Source: Takakia lepidozioides (taxonomy: Eukaryota > Plantae > Bryophyta). Taken from it: a stretch of 64,000 bases of DNA. The translations under genes and the position numbers were made by a program. The stretch covers positions 43,276,001-43,340,000 of the forward strand of contig CM060734.1 in the NCBI GenBank assembly GCA_030704615.1, written 5' to 3'. Below, in pieces: positions 49,087 to 62,162 of the stretch; the stretch's first letter is position 1; each line of letters starts with the position of its first letter. The notes beneath the pieces are model-generated. The model was given only the letters and a program-made list of their open reading frames with translations, was not told the DNA's origin and searched no databases.

Positions 49087-52000
49087 ATGATGTCTGCCAA
49101 CTCAACAAGTTCATCATCTTTGTCTCCTCTGCAATTTCTAAAAGTAAGGCAAATTTATGACCTGCATGGAAGCCCCGTTGCACTTCCACCAGCCTCTCTT
49201 GGCCTGCCACCACCAATTTCTTCTCTCCTTCCAACATCCCTAGACATTGGCACAATGCAAAGTACTTTGAAAGACCTGTCCTCACCTGATTCCACTTGTA
49301 GTACTCCAAGTCACTCTTCTTCTTTCTCTCAACATCAGTCGTCGTGTGTTGCTTCAACACTCCCTACCACCTGCCTGGCATCAAGAGATCATCCAGACAA
49401 AGCAGTTCATGGGGGTAATGCTATTGGCAATGATAATGGACATTTCTTTGCAGGCAAGACTTCAGAAAATTGTGCGCATGTGCTGGCAAAGATGGCCACT
49501 GTAGACCATGCCCAGGGGAAAGCTCTGGGTGGAACAGGCCAAGGGTCCAAATTTGAAGATACCTGTACACGTACTGAAAGTAGACCAGGCCGCCTTCAAA
49601 TGGATGACTCTTTATCTGAGAATGGTCATGCATATGACAACAGAAAGTTGCAAAACAGGGCTTGCACTTCTGACACAAGGTTTGTTTTCCCACTTTTCAT
49701 GGGGTTTCTAGTGAAGAGCACATGGAAATAGTTGATTTTTAAGGATACGTCTTGGAATTGTGTGATATGTAAATACTACCAACCACGAGCCGGTGGTGTG
49801 CATGTCTGTGTGTATGAGTTTTCATGAGCGAAAGAAAGAGGGAGATAGACATGCGGCCCATCTTTCTTTGGCTTTTCTGGTAGTTACTCTGTGGCCAGGT
49901 TGAAGGAGAAAGAGGAAATTTCTTGAAAATAGTAAGTTTTGGATGCACTCACACACCCTAGCCCATGGACTTCCACACAACTCCATGCACATGCCTTCTC
50001 GTCCTTGGAGAGCCTGGTGATGATGTCCTACCATGAAGAGGAGTCAAGTGTACATGTGTGTGTGTGTCTTTTATCAGTGGGATAGAGAGAGACAGAGAGA
50101 ATTGAAATTTCTCTTTGCCTTCTGTAAGTTTCTCTATGTCCACATTGGGGGCAGAGAGATTTTTTTAAACGACATTGTCGGATGTATTCACAGGTCTTAT
50201 TTAGCCAATGGACTTTCACACAACTCCATTCATGGCGCTGACTCAGGAAATGAGCCGACGATGAATTTTCACTCTGTGGAAGCACAATCTTTCTCCATCA
50301 ATGTCAATAGGCTAGAAGAAAATATGGTTGGCGCTCCTAAAACTAGGATTACCGCCGCGGTCAGCGAACCGGATCTCCCTATACACGCTCTGGGCACACG
50401 GCAACAGCATCAGGCTCATCCTTTTCGTTTGTCAAAGTCTGAGCTTCATGACAACAAGATTGAAAAAGCATTGGCTATGGAGGATGGGCCAGCAAACCTT
50501 GACGATGGGGGGGTGTTGCACGCCACACAATCGATGCCAGTGTGGATGCCATCCGTTGTATCCTCAACAATTACTGAGAGAGCAGATGAGGAACCTCTGA
50601 AAATTGTAAACAAAGGCCCCTTACTGCAGGCACCAGAATGTGGCACAGTGGATAGTCATCATTCCAACAAAGATTCCACGACTGCAGGTCTTTCTTTCAC
50701 AGATTCCTATTGTGTGACAGCTTACAAGATATTTCTAATTGTCTGGCCTTTCTCACCCTCTTTGTCTGGCTTTTGGTTTGTTTCCCTTATCTAGACTGCA
50801 GTTTCCAACATTAAACGAGGTGGTGATCACTGGGTTGCTTTCCAATGTCATCTACCAGCAGACTAGTTGCTTAGTGGCTCATTGGTACATTCATATGCAC
50901 CAGTTTGCTCATAGAAAAGGTTTTTTATATTTATCTGTCACATGCGCATGGCAATTGTGGCTGGTAACTGGTTGTGAAACTAAAAGACAAACATGGAAGT
51001 GAGGATGAATTTCCATGTCACTTCAATATCTCCTTGCTGTTGGAGTGGGGGATACAGAAAGGTGGGCTTTGGCAGCCTTGGGGCTCTGATGTCTTGTCCT
51101 ACACCTGAAGGATCTGATTGCACCGAGCTGTTCATCAGCCTTCAGTAGGTCACTCTTGTGAGGAGTAAGGGAGATCACAAGGGATTGAGGGGTTGAACCA
51201 CTTCGATGGCATTTTGATCACCCTCAACTTACTTTCACAACCTGGATTCCTAGTTATGGACTCGTTGGTTATATGGATTTCAAGAGCAGGGGTAAAGGTG
51301 GTGTAATCTATTTGCTAAGTCTCTCCAAACAATGCCTGCTTCCAAATATCAGAGTCCTAATGTGGTTTCTATGTGCTTTGTCCAGAAGTGCCACTGGCTC
51401 GAACAAAATCAATGCCCAGCAATTCATCCCCCAGTGCTGATGAAGGGCACTTGCCCCGGTCCAACACTGAGAAGCGTCGCAGTAAGAAAAACCTTGACAA
51501 TGCAAATCTTCGCGTCGTAGCGGATGCAAAGCTGTCTAATCGCCAAAAGGTTTTCCATTTCTTCCCGCATTGATGTCCATCTGTCCCTTCCCCCCTACCT
51601 TATGTCAGCTTCTCTCTCCCTTTACAACTCAAATTTAACTCGCCATGGTTGGTCCAGGTTGGGCAATGGCGTGAGTCATTCCATCAGTACCCATCCACCT
51701 GCCTTACCTTTTCTTAAACTCTTTGTCCCTGCTTCAGATCTAAACCCCACAAACGACACCCCCCCCCCCCCACCACCACCACCACATGGAGAGAGGAGGT
51801 GATGGTTTCCGAATAGCTGTATTACAGACACTTTTTTGGGTAGAAGTGATGTCTAAGATCTAAGGTATGCTGTCTGTGTTGAGGGATGGTTGAATCAGCA
51901 CAGCTTACTACTGAAGATGACTTTTTTGTACTGTGACAGAAAAAGCTCATGAGGAAACTCGCAACTGTACAAACAGATGGAGCAGTTGAATTTGATGTAG

Positions 52001-55000
52001 GACGAAGTGCCCGTCTGGCTAAAGACTTGTTTGGGTCCAATATCTTGGAGCAAGGAAACAATGTACCTGTGATGGAGGAAGATGACGAATTTGCCCAGCA
52101 GCAAATTCCTCCCCTCACAATTGTGATGCTCATTGTGGGAACTCGTGGTGACGTACAGCCATTCATTGCCATCGGCAAAAGATTGCAGGTTCTGTCTGTC
52201 AATCTCTGCCTCCACCTCCTTTTTCCTTTCTCATCCCAGCATCATCAATGGGTCTGTGTAGGTAAGTCTCAAGTGGAGGAGCTTTCTTCAGCCCATTTCT
52301 TTTAGTTATCTTCTCTCTCTCTCTTGGAGTACACATCTGCTGTGTGGGTTGATAACTCCAACCAGGCTAAGTCCAAGTGGGGGTGCTCAAGGAGTGCCTA
52401 GCTTTGAACAGCAAGCAGACGCAGAGAGGAAAGACCGAGTTTTCCAGATATCCTCTAGAAATCTCTTCACACCAACATCATTCTGCTGTGTGTGATTCGC
52501 CCAATAACTAGACCCCGAAAGAGCCTGGGCTTTTAGCTCAGCCTCGAGATTTTCAAAGTTGGTAAACAGAGGTACAGGAAATTCCCTTGATGGATTTGAA
52601 GAGGGTGTCTCTCTGGTGGGAGTACCCAGGACAACGAATCAGAATGTCGATAGTCTCCAGGTTGCCCACACAACGGGCATTTGCAATCCATTGTAAGGTA
52701 AGTCATACTACCGGCGTCAACCCCTGACAAAGGTAGTTTCTGTCCCTTTGTGTTCCGCTCAAACTGGGCGTGGGATCAATGGCCACAAGGCTATGGCAAA
52801 CAAATGTCTTACGAGTACATTCTCCCTCTCTATGGCCAGAAGGCTATGACAAAAAAAGTTTTATGAGTACATGTCTCTCTCTCCCTGGCGGATGTGAACC
52901 CCACAAAAGTCTCCGGGAGGGTTGGTTTCCCGGGCTGTCAATGGCGGTAAGGCTATGGCAAAGCAACGTTCGCAGGGAACACATTCTCTTGTTCCGCCCA
53001 AACTGGGCGTGGGGTCTATGGCCACAAGGCTATGGCAAATAATGTCTAAATAAGGACATTTTCTTTCGGAGTCCTCACTGATTTGAATGCTAAAACTATG
53101 CCTCGGCTGAGTCTGCCCATGTTTATACTGAAACTTAGTATGTTTCACCCTCTGTCATGAACTAATGAAGTCAGTGGGGGGTTACAACAGCTTGCCATTT
53201 TTACACAAGATATAGGTGATTCGTGTTGTACTCTTATATTGACTGCTAAGTTATTTGACAGCAATCTTTTTGGTTGTCTTCGTCTTTACGTCTTTTCTTT
53301 TCCTTGTGTCTTTATTTGGTTGTTTGTCCTCTCTTCTTTTGTTGCTATCCTTGTGCCTTTGTTTGAAATTATCCTTTCTTGGATGTGGTTTTCACCTTTG
53401 TGCCTTTCATCTTTGGGTCCCTCTCTGATTTGAATTCAGAATTTCCTAGGCTCTCACATAGATATGTTTTAGGACTTAACGCAAGTTCCATGGATGATGG
53501 TGCATGTGCAGGAGTATGGGCATCAGGTGAGATTGGCATCACATGCCAACTTCCGTGAATTTGTGAAGAGGGAAGGCCTGGAATTTTACCCACTAGGAGG
53601 CGACCCGAAGGTTCTTGCTGGATGTGGGTTTGCTTCTTTATGCTGTTATTTAACTCAGTGTACTCCGGTGTGTTTTGCGTTGTTGCTTTGTGGGCCTGGG
53701 CTGCTGTATGTCTGTTCTGCTTCTTGTCTCACAAGTTCCGCTTTTTTGGCCCACAGATATGGTGAAAAACAAGGGGTTCTTGCCTTCCGGACCCTCTGAA
53801 ATTTCAATACAAAGGAAGCAAATAAAGTCGATTGTCCACTCTTTGTTACCAGCTTGTACTGAACCAGATGATTCTGGTGTTCCATTTCGTGCCCAGGCCA
53901 TAATTGCAAACCCTCCTGCCTACGGTATTTTCTCTCCCTCTTTCTATAACCTGGTTACCTGTCTCTGTCCATCACTAGTTTCTCAGCTCGTTAACCTCTT
54001 TTGATGAATGGATTCAAAGAGAGAGGCTTATTTGTGCTGATTGTTTCTGTGGAGCGATATGGTTTTTAATGTTTTTTTGGTTATGCCTTTTTGTCCCTGA
54101 AGGTCTTTGTGATTTTCATGGATGCTATGGAAGTTCAGAAGGAATGCTCATCTTTAACAGCAGAGCCCACTTCTGGAGCTAGTCTTCTCTTTGCTGCATT
54201 GTTCAATGGTTGTATGTGAGCACTTCGGCAATTCTGGGCCCAAGTGTTGTATGCGCTAGGCGTAGACCCCTTTGACTGGCTGTGGGAGGGTAGTGTCATG
54301 CAAGGGGCGTCCTGCCAATGTTGCAAAAATGGTCAAGGACTAATACATCCTGACCTCATAAAGGAAAACTCATCATTTATATCTTTTGTAGGCTACCTAG
54401 GAGTGTTAGCTTACCTGCATACTACGTTTGGGCTTCAATTTGTTTTTCTGGGTGCTTCTTGTTTTGTTCTACTGTCCCATGGCCCTCTGGACCTCCTCTG
54501 GACGCAGTGAATTTCTAATTTTGCTTCTCACTTTCCCTCTCACTGACGTGCACAATTGTTCTCTGTTCTATCACAATTGAGTGGATTTATCTCTCCCATT
54601 CAGTTGCCTTCTTCTCCTGGCTGGCCCATCAAAGCTTAGTGTGGGGTCCAATCTAAGGAGTCTATCTTCCTCCTTTCTATTATATGTTGTCTCCCCCACC
54701 TCAGAATGCTCCAAGATTACATCAGTCCTTGTTTTCACATTATAGTCTTCAACCACAGGCACAGCACCATATGTGTCTTGTATTTCTCTATGTTATTGCC
54801 GCAGCCTGTCTGGAGTTTGGCAGCAGAGATTGGATTGTAACTTTTTCCGTGGGGTTGTGTGGGCACAGGGCACGTTCATGTGGCAGAGTATCTCAAGGTG
54901 CCACTACATATTTTTTTTACAATGCCATGGACGTATGCTTTCTATCCTCCCTCTTGTCTAGCTTAGAGGATAGGTTGATTGTTTAGGAACTGAAACTGCT

Positions 55001-58000
55001 CTATGGTAGGTTAGACCTTCTCCTGCTGAAGTCAGTGAATGGTATGAACCTCCTCCAAAAACATAATTTTCCCTTTCATAGAACTTTATGATGATAGTAC
55101 TTGCTCATATGCGAAACTATTACCAGTATGTTGTTTGCGTTCTTTCTGTTCCTCACTGGTGTGGAGCCCGTTATCTCTTTTTTAGTAAGTGCAGGCATTT
55201 TTTACATGCTCTCCTCCTTATGTATGGACCCCAATGTGTGGAACCTGTGTGCTGTACCATATCTGGCTTGGGCAGACCCACCAATGCATTTCCACATCCG
55301 CTAGCTCGCGTGAAAAATTCAGCTGGCAATCGAGTAAGTGAAATTTGCCCAGTTACTAACCGTATTTTGTCATTTACATGCTGGTAAGACTGAAACCTTG
55401 TCAGAGGTTAGTTATATTCTATCCGGCCGTGGTGTTAACTTGTCAATGCAATAGATGTGCAACGAAAAAGTCAGTTCAGTTGGACCATGGTTCTCTCTTG
55501 ATTGCAACTGCTTAGGATTCTCCCAGTGTAGTGTGATTATCTCCTTGGCACATACACTGGTGTGGCTGCACCATTTCCAGAGCTCTTGGGAAATGGTACA
55601 GGATTTACAGCTAGTAGAACAGCAGCCTTACGTATCTGCTCACAAACATCACTTGAGCAGTGTTGACAAGGTGAAGTGACAGGAAAGTTGGTTTTTATTC
55701 ACTAGAGAGTTTACCGATTGGGATCTGGTGAGGGCATTCTCATCTGTATGCTTCTGCTATCAGATAAAGTATCACTAAAATCTATCTCAAATTTCAACTG
55801 TAAGAGTATTTCATTTCTTGTGGTTCATCAGCTGTCATACCAAGTGGTCGACTCGCTTATATGGTTCGGCATCCGGGGCATCATAAACGATTATCGGAAA
55901 AAGAAGCTGAAGCTAAGGCCCATCACGTACTTGAGTGGCTCACAAGGCTCTATTTCTGAATTACCAACTGGCTACATCTGGAGTCCACACCTGGTTCCAA
56001 AGCCTAGAGGTGTGTTCTCCTCTAGAAACGAACAGGGATAGGCCATTGGAATGATTGGAAAGGAAATCAATGTAGCATTCTATTTTCTGTACATGGACTT
56101 CGAGAATCGAAATGTACTGTAGGTACTGTAGGTTGTGGGTAGCATCTGCATTTACTGTTTTTGATGATCACCTCCACCATTATCTTCATGTATTAGGCAT
56201 TTATTGAGTCTCGCCTGGGTGATAAATGTAGTTGAGGAGCTAAAAACCTGTGGCCTGCGTTTATACAGATTGGGGACCGCTGATTGACGTGGTCGGATTT
56301 TGCTTCCTGAACCTAGCCTCGGATTACAAGCCTCCTGACGATTTATTGAAGTGGTTACAAGCTGGGAAGCCACCAATATATATTGGTTTCGGCAGCCTTG
56401 TAAGTTCATACTCACTGCCAAGCAGGGACCTGGGATGTGGTACATTGAGTGGCCTGTAGAATCACATTTATGCAACCGCTTGTACATCTAATATTTCTGG
56501 TCAATTTCTGTCAATACTTGTTAAAGCTGTTTCCCCTAGTGTAAAGGCATTTTGAAAAAGGGACCACAATTCTGTACTAGGTGTGAGTGCTTGGATACTT
56601 CCTCTCTTTTCCTTTTTCTTTTTGTTCATGGGCGATGGCAGTGATTCTGGAGTTAACCCTCATACTCTCTACTTTAAGTCTGTGGTAGGATGTACATTAT
56701 ACCCAATATCATATAACAAGTGCTCAGGCACGATCATTTGCTAAGGCATGATCATTTGTAGGCCAATGGAAAATGTGCCCTTGGGGGTATGTAAGAGCCA
56801 CCCTTTGCAGACCTCAAAGTAAGTACCTTAAACTTGTTCTCTTGTTAAGGAAATGGGCCACGGTTATAAAAAGAGTCCAAGATGATCTGATCAGCAAGTT
56901 GTTTGGTATGGCATCAATTGCCTTTTGTGGGTGAACACTGGTGAAGCCTGTTGAAGATCCAGATGGCATGACAAAGATCATAATAGAAACCCTCAAGAGG
57001 ACACAACAACGCGGCATCATTGGCAAGGGCTGGGGTGGAATTGGCAATTGTATGTCATCTTTATTCCACCTTTCCACACTCTTTTAAGTACCACTTTGTT
57101 GGTGTGCCTGACACTCCGCATGCTTGGTATACGCATGCAAGGTTTGGAACCAAAAAAAGGGGTCAAGCAGGAATTTGTTGTTACTTTTACCACTTTTATT
57201 AGTAGGTGCTCTTCAGGTCTCAAATCCCTCGTTGGGGATAATGTACAATTTTGGACTTGACACTTAGAATATGTTTTGTTAACCCTTGTGAGATTGCTAA
57301 TTGGTCATGTCTCAATGTAGCTTTTGGACTCATTACAGAGCATTATGTTTCATGGATTTTCAAAGCTGCCAATCATTTGATACTAACTGGACATGGAGTC
57401 ATGTTGGCAGTGTCTGAGACCCCTGATTTTGTGTACCTCATCAACGACTGTCCCCATGACTGGCTCTTCCCTCAGTGTGCTGCAGTGGTATGTTCCACTG
57501 GTCCTCGTGTCTTTCAATAACTAGGGCATTTTGTATGCAATAGTCATCTGTATGATTCCCTTGTCCATATGGCAAAATTGTGTGGGCCGAGGTAGCACAT
57601 GTGATACCTCTTTTTCTCCTCCTCCCCAATATATAAAAGATTCTGTCCTGTACATGAGGTATTTCATCAGTAATGTACAATGTGGTGATTATTTTGTGGG
57701 CAAAGAACTATGGGTAATGGGATGACTTAATGGGGTGTTCAATTTGACTAAATGTACAGGTGATATTGCTTTGAGACACTGGTGACTGTGGCTGATTGCT
57801 GACAGGTGCATCATGGTGGAGCCGGCACCACAGCTGCGGGCCTCAAGGCTGCGGTACTCTCTCTGTCTCTCTGTGGGCCCCAAGAGGACTCGATACATTT
57901 TTCTTTGCAAGCTTTTTTTTCTCTTTTCCCCAGCTGGGTGAAGAGCTGGTAACTTCCTGCCAGGTCAAGACCCGTTCTGCAATTGATCCCCACCAGTAAT

Positions 58001-59401
58001 AGCTGGGGGAATGGGTCCACTTGTCCATCTGATGTTGGCGGGCTGGGGATTGTGTAGACCCCACCTACTACTGTGTTGGATACTGGAGTTTCAAAAGACT
58101 TCCTATGCTAAAGCTCAGTGAACAGGGACAGATTGTGTTTGCGTTATCTAATAAATCTAGTTGAGAGAGTTACATCCATGGTGGTCAAGGATATGTGACA
58201 AATTTGGTGTATCAGGTGGACTTTACTGGTTTGAATAGCCTACTTGTGTTTTCAATCTAGTTATGACTCACATTCTTCAAAATAGCAGCCTTTGGCTGGA
58301 TATATATTTCAGTTCACAGCATCTTGGCTGAGTCACTGAAGAAAACCAGCTAGAAAATCTGAAAGAAAGGAATTTGAATTTTCTCACAGAACTTTTGTGC
58401 TGGTCTTGTTCTTTTACCCCAAATGTTTTCCAGAGAGGTAGGTCATCCTGAATGGTTGCTCAAAAAATGGGTGCTGTATACACTTGTTTATTTTAATTTT
58501 TAGTCATTACAGCTAGATATTATCTTCATCTGATATGAATGTGGTAAGGTTCTATCAGACGTTGTATTTTTAGCAATTGACATATCTTGGTGGCATGGGG
58601 AATGCAGTGCCCGACAACTATAGTACCATTCTTTGGGGACCAGCCATTCTGGGGAGACCGTGTACACGAAAAGGCTGTTGGACCTGTCCCAATCCCAGTG
58701 TCCCACTTCTCTCTGGAAAAGCTTGTTCATGCCTTCAAATACATGCTGGACCCTGAGGTATGTATGTACATTTGCAAACTTTAACAAGACGAATACTGGA
58801 ATTGGGAATTTGCAAGAAAAGTCTCTTATGGACGAGGACTGCTGTGTTCCTCGCCTACTTTTTGTTGCTGCCATCTTTAGCTTGTCCCTTTCTTACCTTG
58901 TTCTCATTGAGAACAAAGAGAACAGTAAGCAATCAGTGCCCGTGGCTAGATTGCGTAGTCCATAGTGGGAGGTCCAAATGATTGCAACTGAAGGAGGAGC
59001 CAGGGGGAATCCTTGTTGCCCCTCTATCTAAGTATACACATCTCAGCAGTGCCATTAGCTTATGTGTCACCCTGCAAATTTTGAATTTGCAGTTATATAT
59101 CCAGAAAGAATAATGGAGGGATTCCCAATTAGGGATGCTTCTGTGAGCATTGAAATGTCTTCCTTAATAATGATTGCATCAATGGCCTGTGCAGGTGAAA
59201 AAGAGAGCTACTGAATTAGCCAAAGCCATGGAGACAGAAAATGGCATTGAGGGTGCCGTTTCTGCCTTTCATAAACACATTCAGAAGCACTTGCCAGAAC
59301 TCATGCGAGATAAATTTCCAGAATCCCCTCAACCTAGTGCGGTTCGTAAAACTCTTATCAAATTTGGTAGGTCATCGTGTTGGACTTTCAAGACGAGCTG
59401 A
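49087..59401 (+). CDS. UGT80: Sterol 3-beta-glucosyltransferase (UGT80 family)
   Basis: Exons about 49087?-49678, 50193-50687, 51386-51549, 51940-52187, 53512-53623, 53757-53924, 54869-54932, 55276-55333, 55832-56009, 56269-56399, 56947-57048, 57411-57487, 57806-57853, 58608-58757 and 59195-59401. Motifs GTRGDVQPF, AIIANPPAYGH, PIYIGFGSL, CPHDWLF, VVHHGGAGTTAAGL and PFFGDQPFWG. Start is uncertain and A2 versus B1 was not resolved. Confidence 0.92.
52324..53050 (+). mobile_element. Rearranged LINE-family insertion in a UGT80 intron (internal deletions, in-place inversion, stacked 3' ends)
   Basis: After a CT run: LEYTSAVWVDNSNQAKS, QVGVLKEC and LNSKQTQRGK pieces; 52436-52689 is the reverse complement of ~9869-10112; then four AAGGCTATG(G/A)CAAA terminal units. 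Confidence 0.85.
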
Positions 59402-60502
59402 TTCGCATATTGTTTGGGCAGTTGGTCATGCCTGATCCTTTCGATTCGGTTGGGGATGTGAAGTAGTATCCTCAGACATTCTCATATCAACATTGTATAT
59501 TTAGTATCACTCTGCCATTTAAGTAAAGCTTACTACAGGGGCAGTCAACCTACCAACCTTGTTTTTCAAGGATCAAGGAAGGTTGACTGGAGGTTTCAGG
59601 AGAGAAACATGGAATGTTTGAATGTGCTTACATAGCGCGCATAGAAAGAAGCTCCCAACTCCTGGGTATAGGGTACTCCAGCATTCAGTTGATTGTCAAC
59701 TAAGTGTTTCATGTGTAGAAGACGAAGGGAATTCCCCAAGTCAATGGTACTGGAGCAGCTCCAACTTATTCTTCTGTTGCTCCATGTGAGTTCATCAACA
59801 CAATTAGTGGCAGTGTCCAAAGGAGATGATCTTTTTTCCGCTTATGTAGTGCTCTGCCACAGCAAGCTATTTTGACAGCTTCTCTACGACAGTGCCTCAT
59901 TATTTTCCCCAAGATCACCTGAGGGTTTGACCCTAGAGACTGTAGAGTGGATGGAGGTTTCTCTGAAAGAGTAGTGGGTTTCCCCCATCACATCTTTCTT
60001 GTTATTTATATGCCCATCATAATGTGGATTGTAGATTCAACCCCGGTCTTGTGTGAAAACTGCAGTGGTCAGTTTTGATTTGAATGTTGAAGAGGTTAAT
60101 GAGCATCTACTCCTGGACGAAGTACTCGGGGTGTCTGTGGGGAGGAAGATTGTGTGAAATCTTCATATCTGGGGGGTTGGTGGCATGATGCAGCGCAGCA
60201 GCATTTACCTTTCAGCTTCACAGAGTGGGTTGTTCCTGATCAACTACGTCAATGACACTTTCTCCAAAGCCTGCGGTCTATTTTTGCAAGTCATACGTCT
60301 CTCGAGTTTTTGTTTCTCCACTTCGAAACTGCAAGTCTATTCTAGCCAATCTTGGATGCAAGTGGACACTATAAAACAATCTTGCATTTCTTCCTCATCG
60401 AAATGATCTCTCACACTTACCATGTTATCATTTAATATTTGTAGATGCTACATTGGGTAGTCTGATTGATTCTTGGTAGTACCTTGTCTCTTATAATCTA
60501 AC

Positions 60503-62129
60503 TTACATGGTTGCCTTTTCTAATCTACAAGATTGTCTTTTCCACCCAATGCGTTCTTTCTCTGTGTCGTAGACAACGAGGAGATCCTTGAATGCTTGAG
60601 CTGCCATACAGAAGTCATGTACTGTAAAAGTTAGATACTGATGTGTGCTAATACGGATGTCACTTCAATATGGCATTACACGGCCAATCTTATGCAAAAA
60701 TCAACTATGTGGAATGATTGAAGGAGCGATAGAGATAGTACCACCAACAGTGCTAAATGGAAACTGAGTCTCCTTTACAGCCGAAAGACACATTTTTTCT
60801 CCGCGGGCCTGCGATAAAGTGTACACCCGACCTTTTAACACATTGGTCTGTACACAATACATTGGTTTTACATAACATACGCAATTGTATTGCAACAAGC
60901 CAACGATCATTGAAAATGAGATCAAAATCATAGCATCATGTATACAAAAACCAAGTCGTATATTGGATATTATAAATATGCTAGAGAAATTATGGATCTA
61001 AAACTTACAGCCACCATTAGATATCCGCTAGGTGCAATTGTCAAAGGTGAGATGCTTTTGAAGCGCAATAAGCTGCTAACACTCACTCCACCCTTGAACT
61101 CCAGCGTTAACGATTTTGATCTCATATCTTTTAGTGGGTTGAATAACCCATTCAAACTGTCCAACAAAACTCATCTATTAGTACTCCACCACGCCGCGGC
61201 GCCTCAGCCCCGGCCACCAGCCCCCCCCCCCCACTCTAATGTTATTTTTACATTTTAATGTAAAGCAGCCAAAAAAATAAAGTAAAGTGAAGTTTCTAGA
61301 GAGTATTTCGCCACGTTATAGCTTCTTGGGGCTTTAATTGTATAATAAAAAATCAGATATAAGATCAATTCATAAGTTTGTGAAATTGCACTACTCGTTT
61401 TTTCCCTCTTTTTATAAAATTAAATGGCTATGCCTGTAAGGGTGGGGGATAATGAAAAAGGTATATATAATTGTGAATGGGTTATGAAATAGACACACTT
61501 TATACATGTGAGATTAGAGCTCCTAAGTTTGCCAAAACAAGCAAATGGATGGTGCATGATCTGATAGTCACCGGGGTGCAGTCTGCCAACAAATGTTGTT
61601 CGACACATTCTGATTATGACCCAGCCGGGTATAATGAAGTCGGTCAGCTTCCTTTTGTACCTAAGCCCATGAAGCCAATTAACGAATTTTCTGGTTGATA
61701 CACAAATGCAGTCTATTCAATACTCTTCTTGCGCGACATGGCCCATATACTTACAGCATCAACAAGAGCATCGAAAAGTTTTGCAACCAAATATGTGAGG
61801 ACGCAGCCGCTATCAAATAAAAAATATCGATCCTTTTCTTCATTCATATCCGTCATTAGAGTTGATCCGTATTTTACATTTTTAATTTCCGTATAGTATC
61901 CATGTAAAACCCTGCCTTTATATCATTCACATGTAATCCCGCATCCCCACATAAGAATACTCAGATGTATTAGAAAGTACTTTTTTTAATACATTTTAAT
62001 AAACGTCTATTCTATATTTATGATTCTTGTATTCCAATGTAAATTTGATCTAAATTGATATTGCATAAACATGAATGAATAAATGAATATTTCATCTTTA
62101 GATTCATGTGTAGAAATTGTTTAGACTAT

Positions 62130-62162
<33 letters not shown>

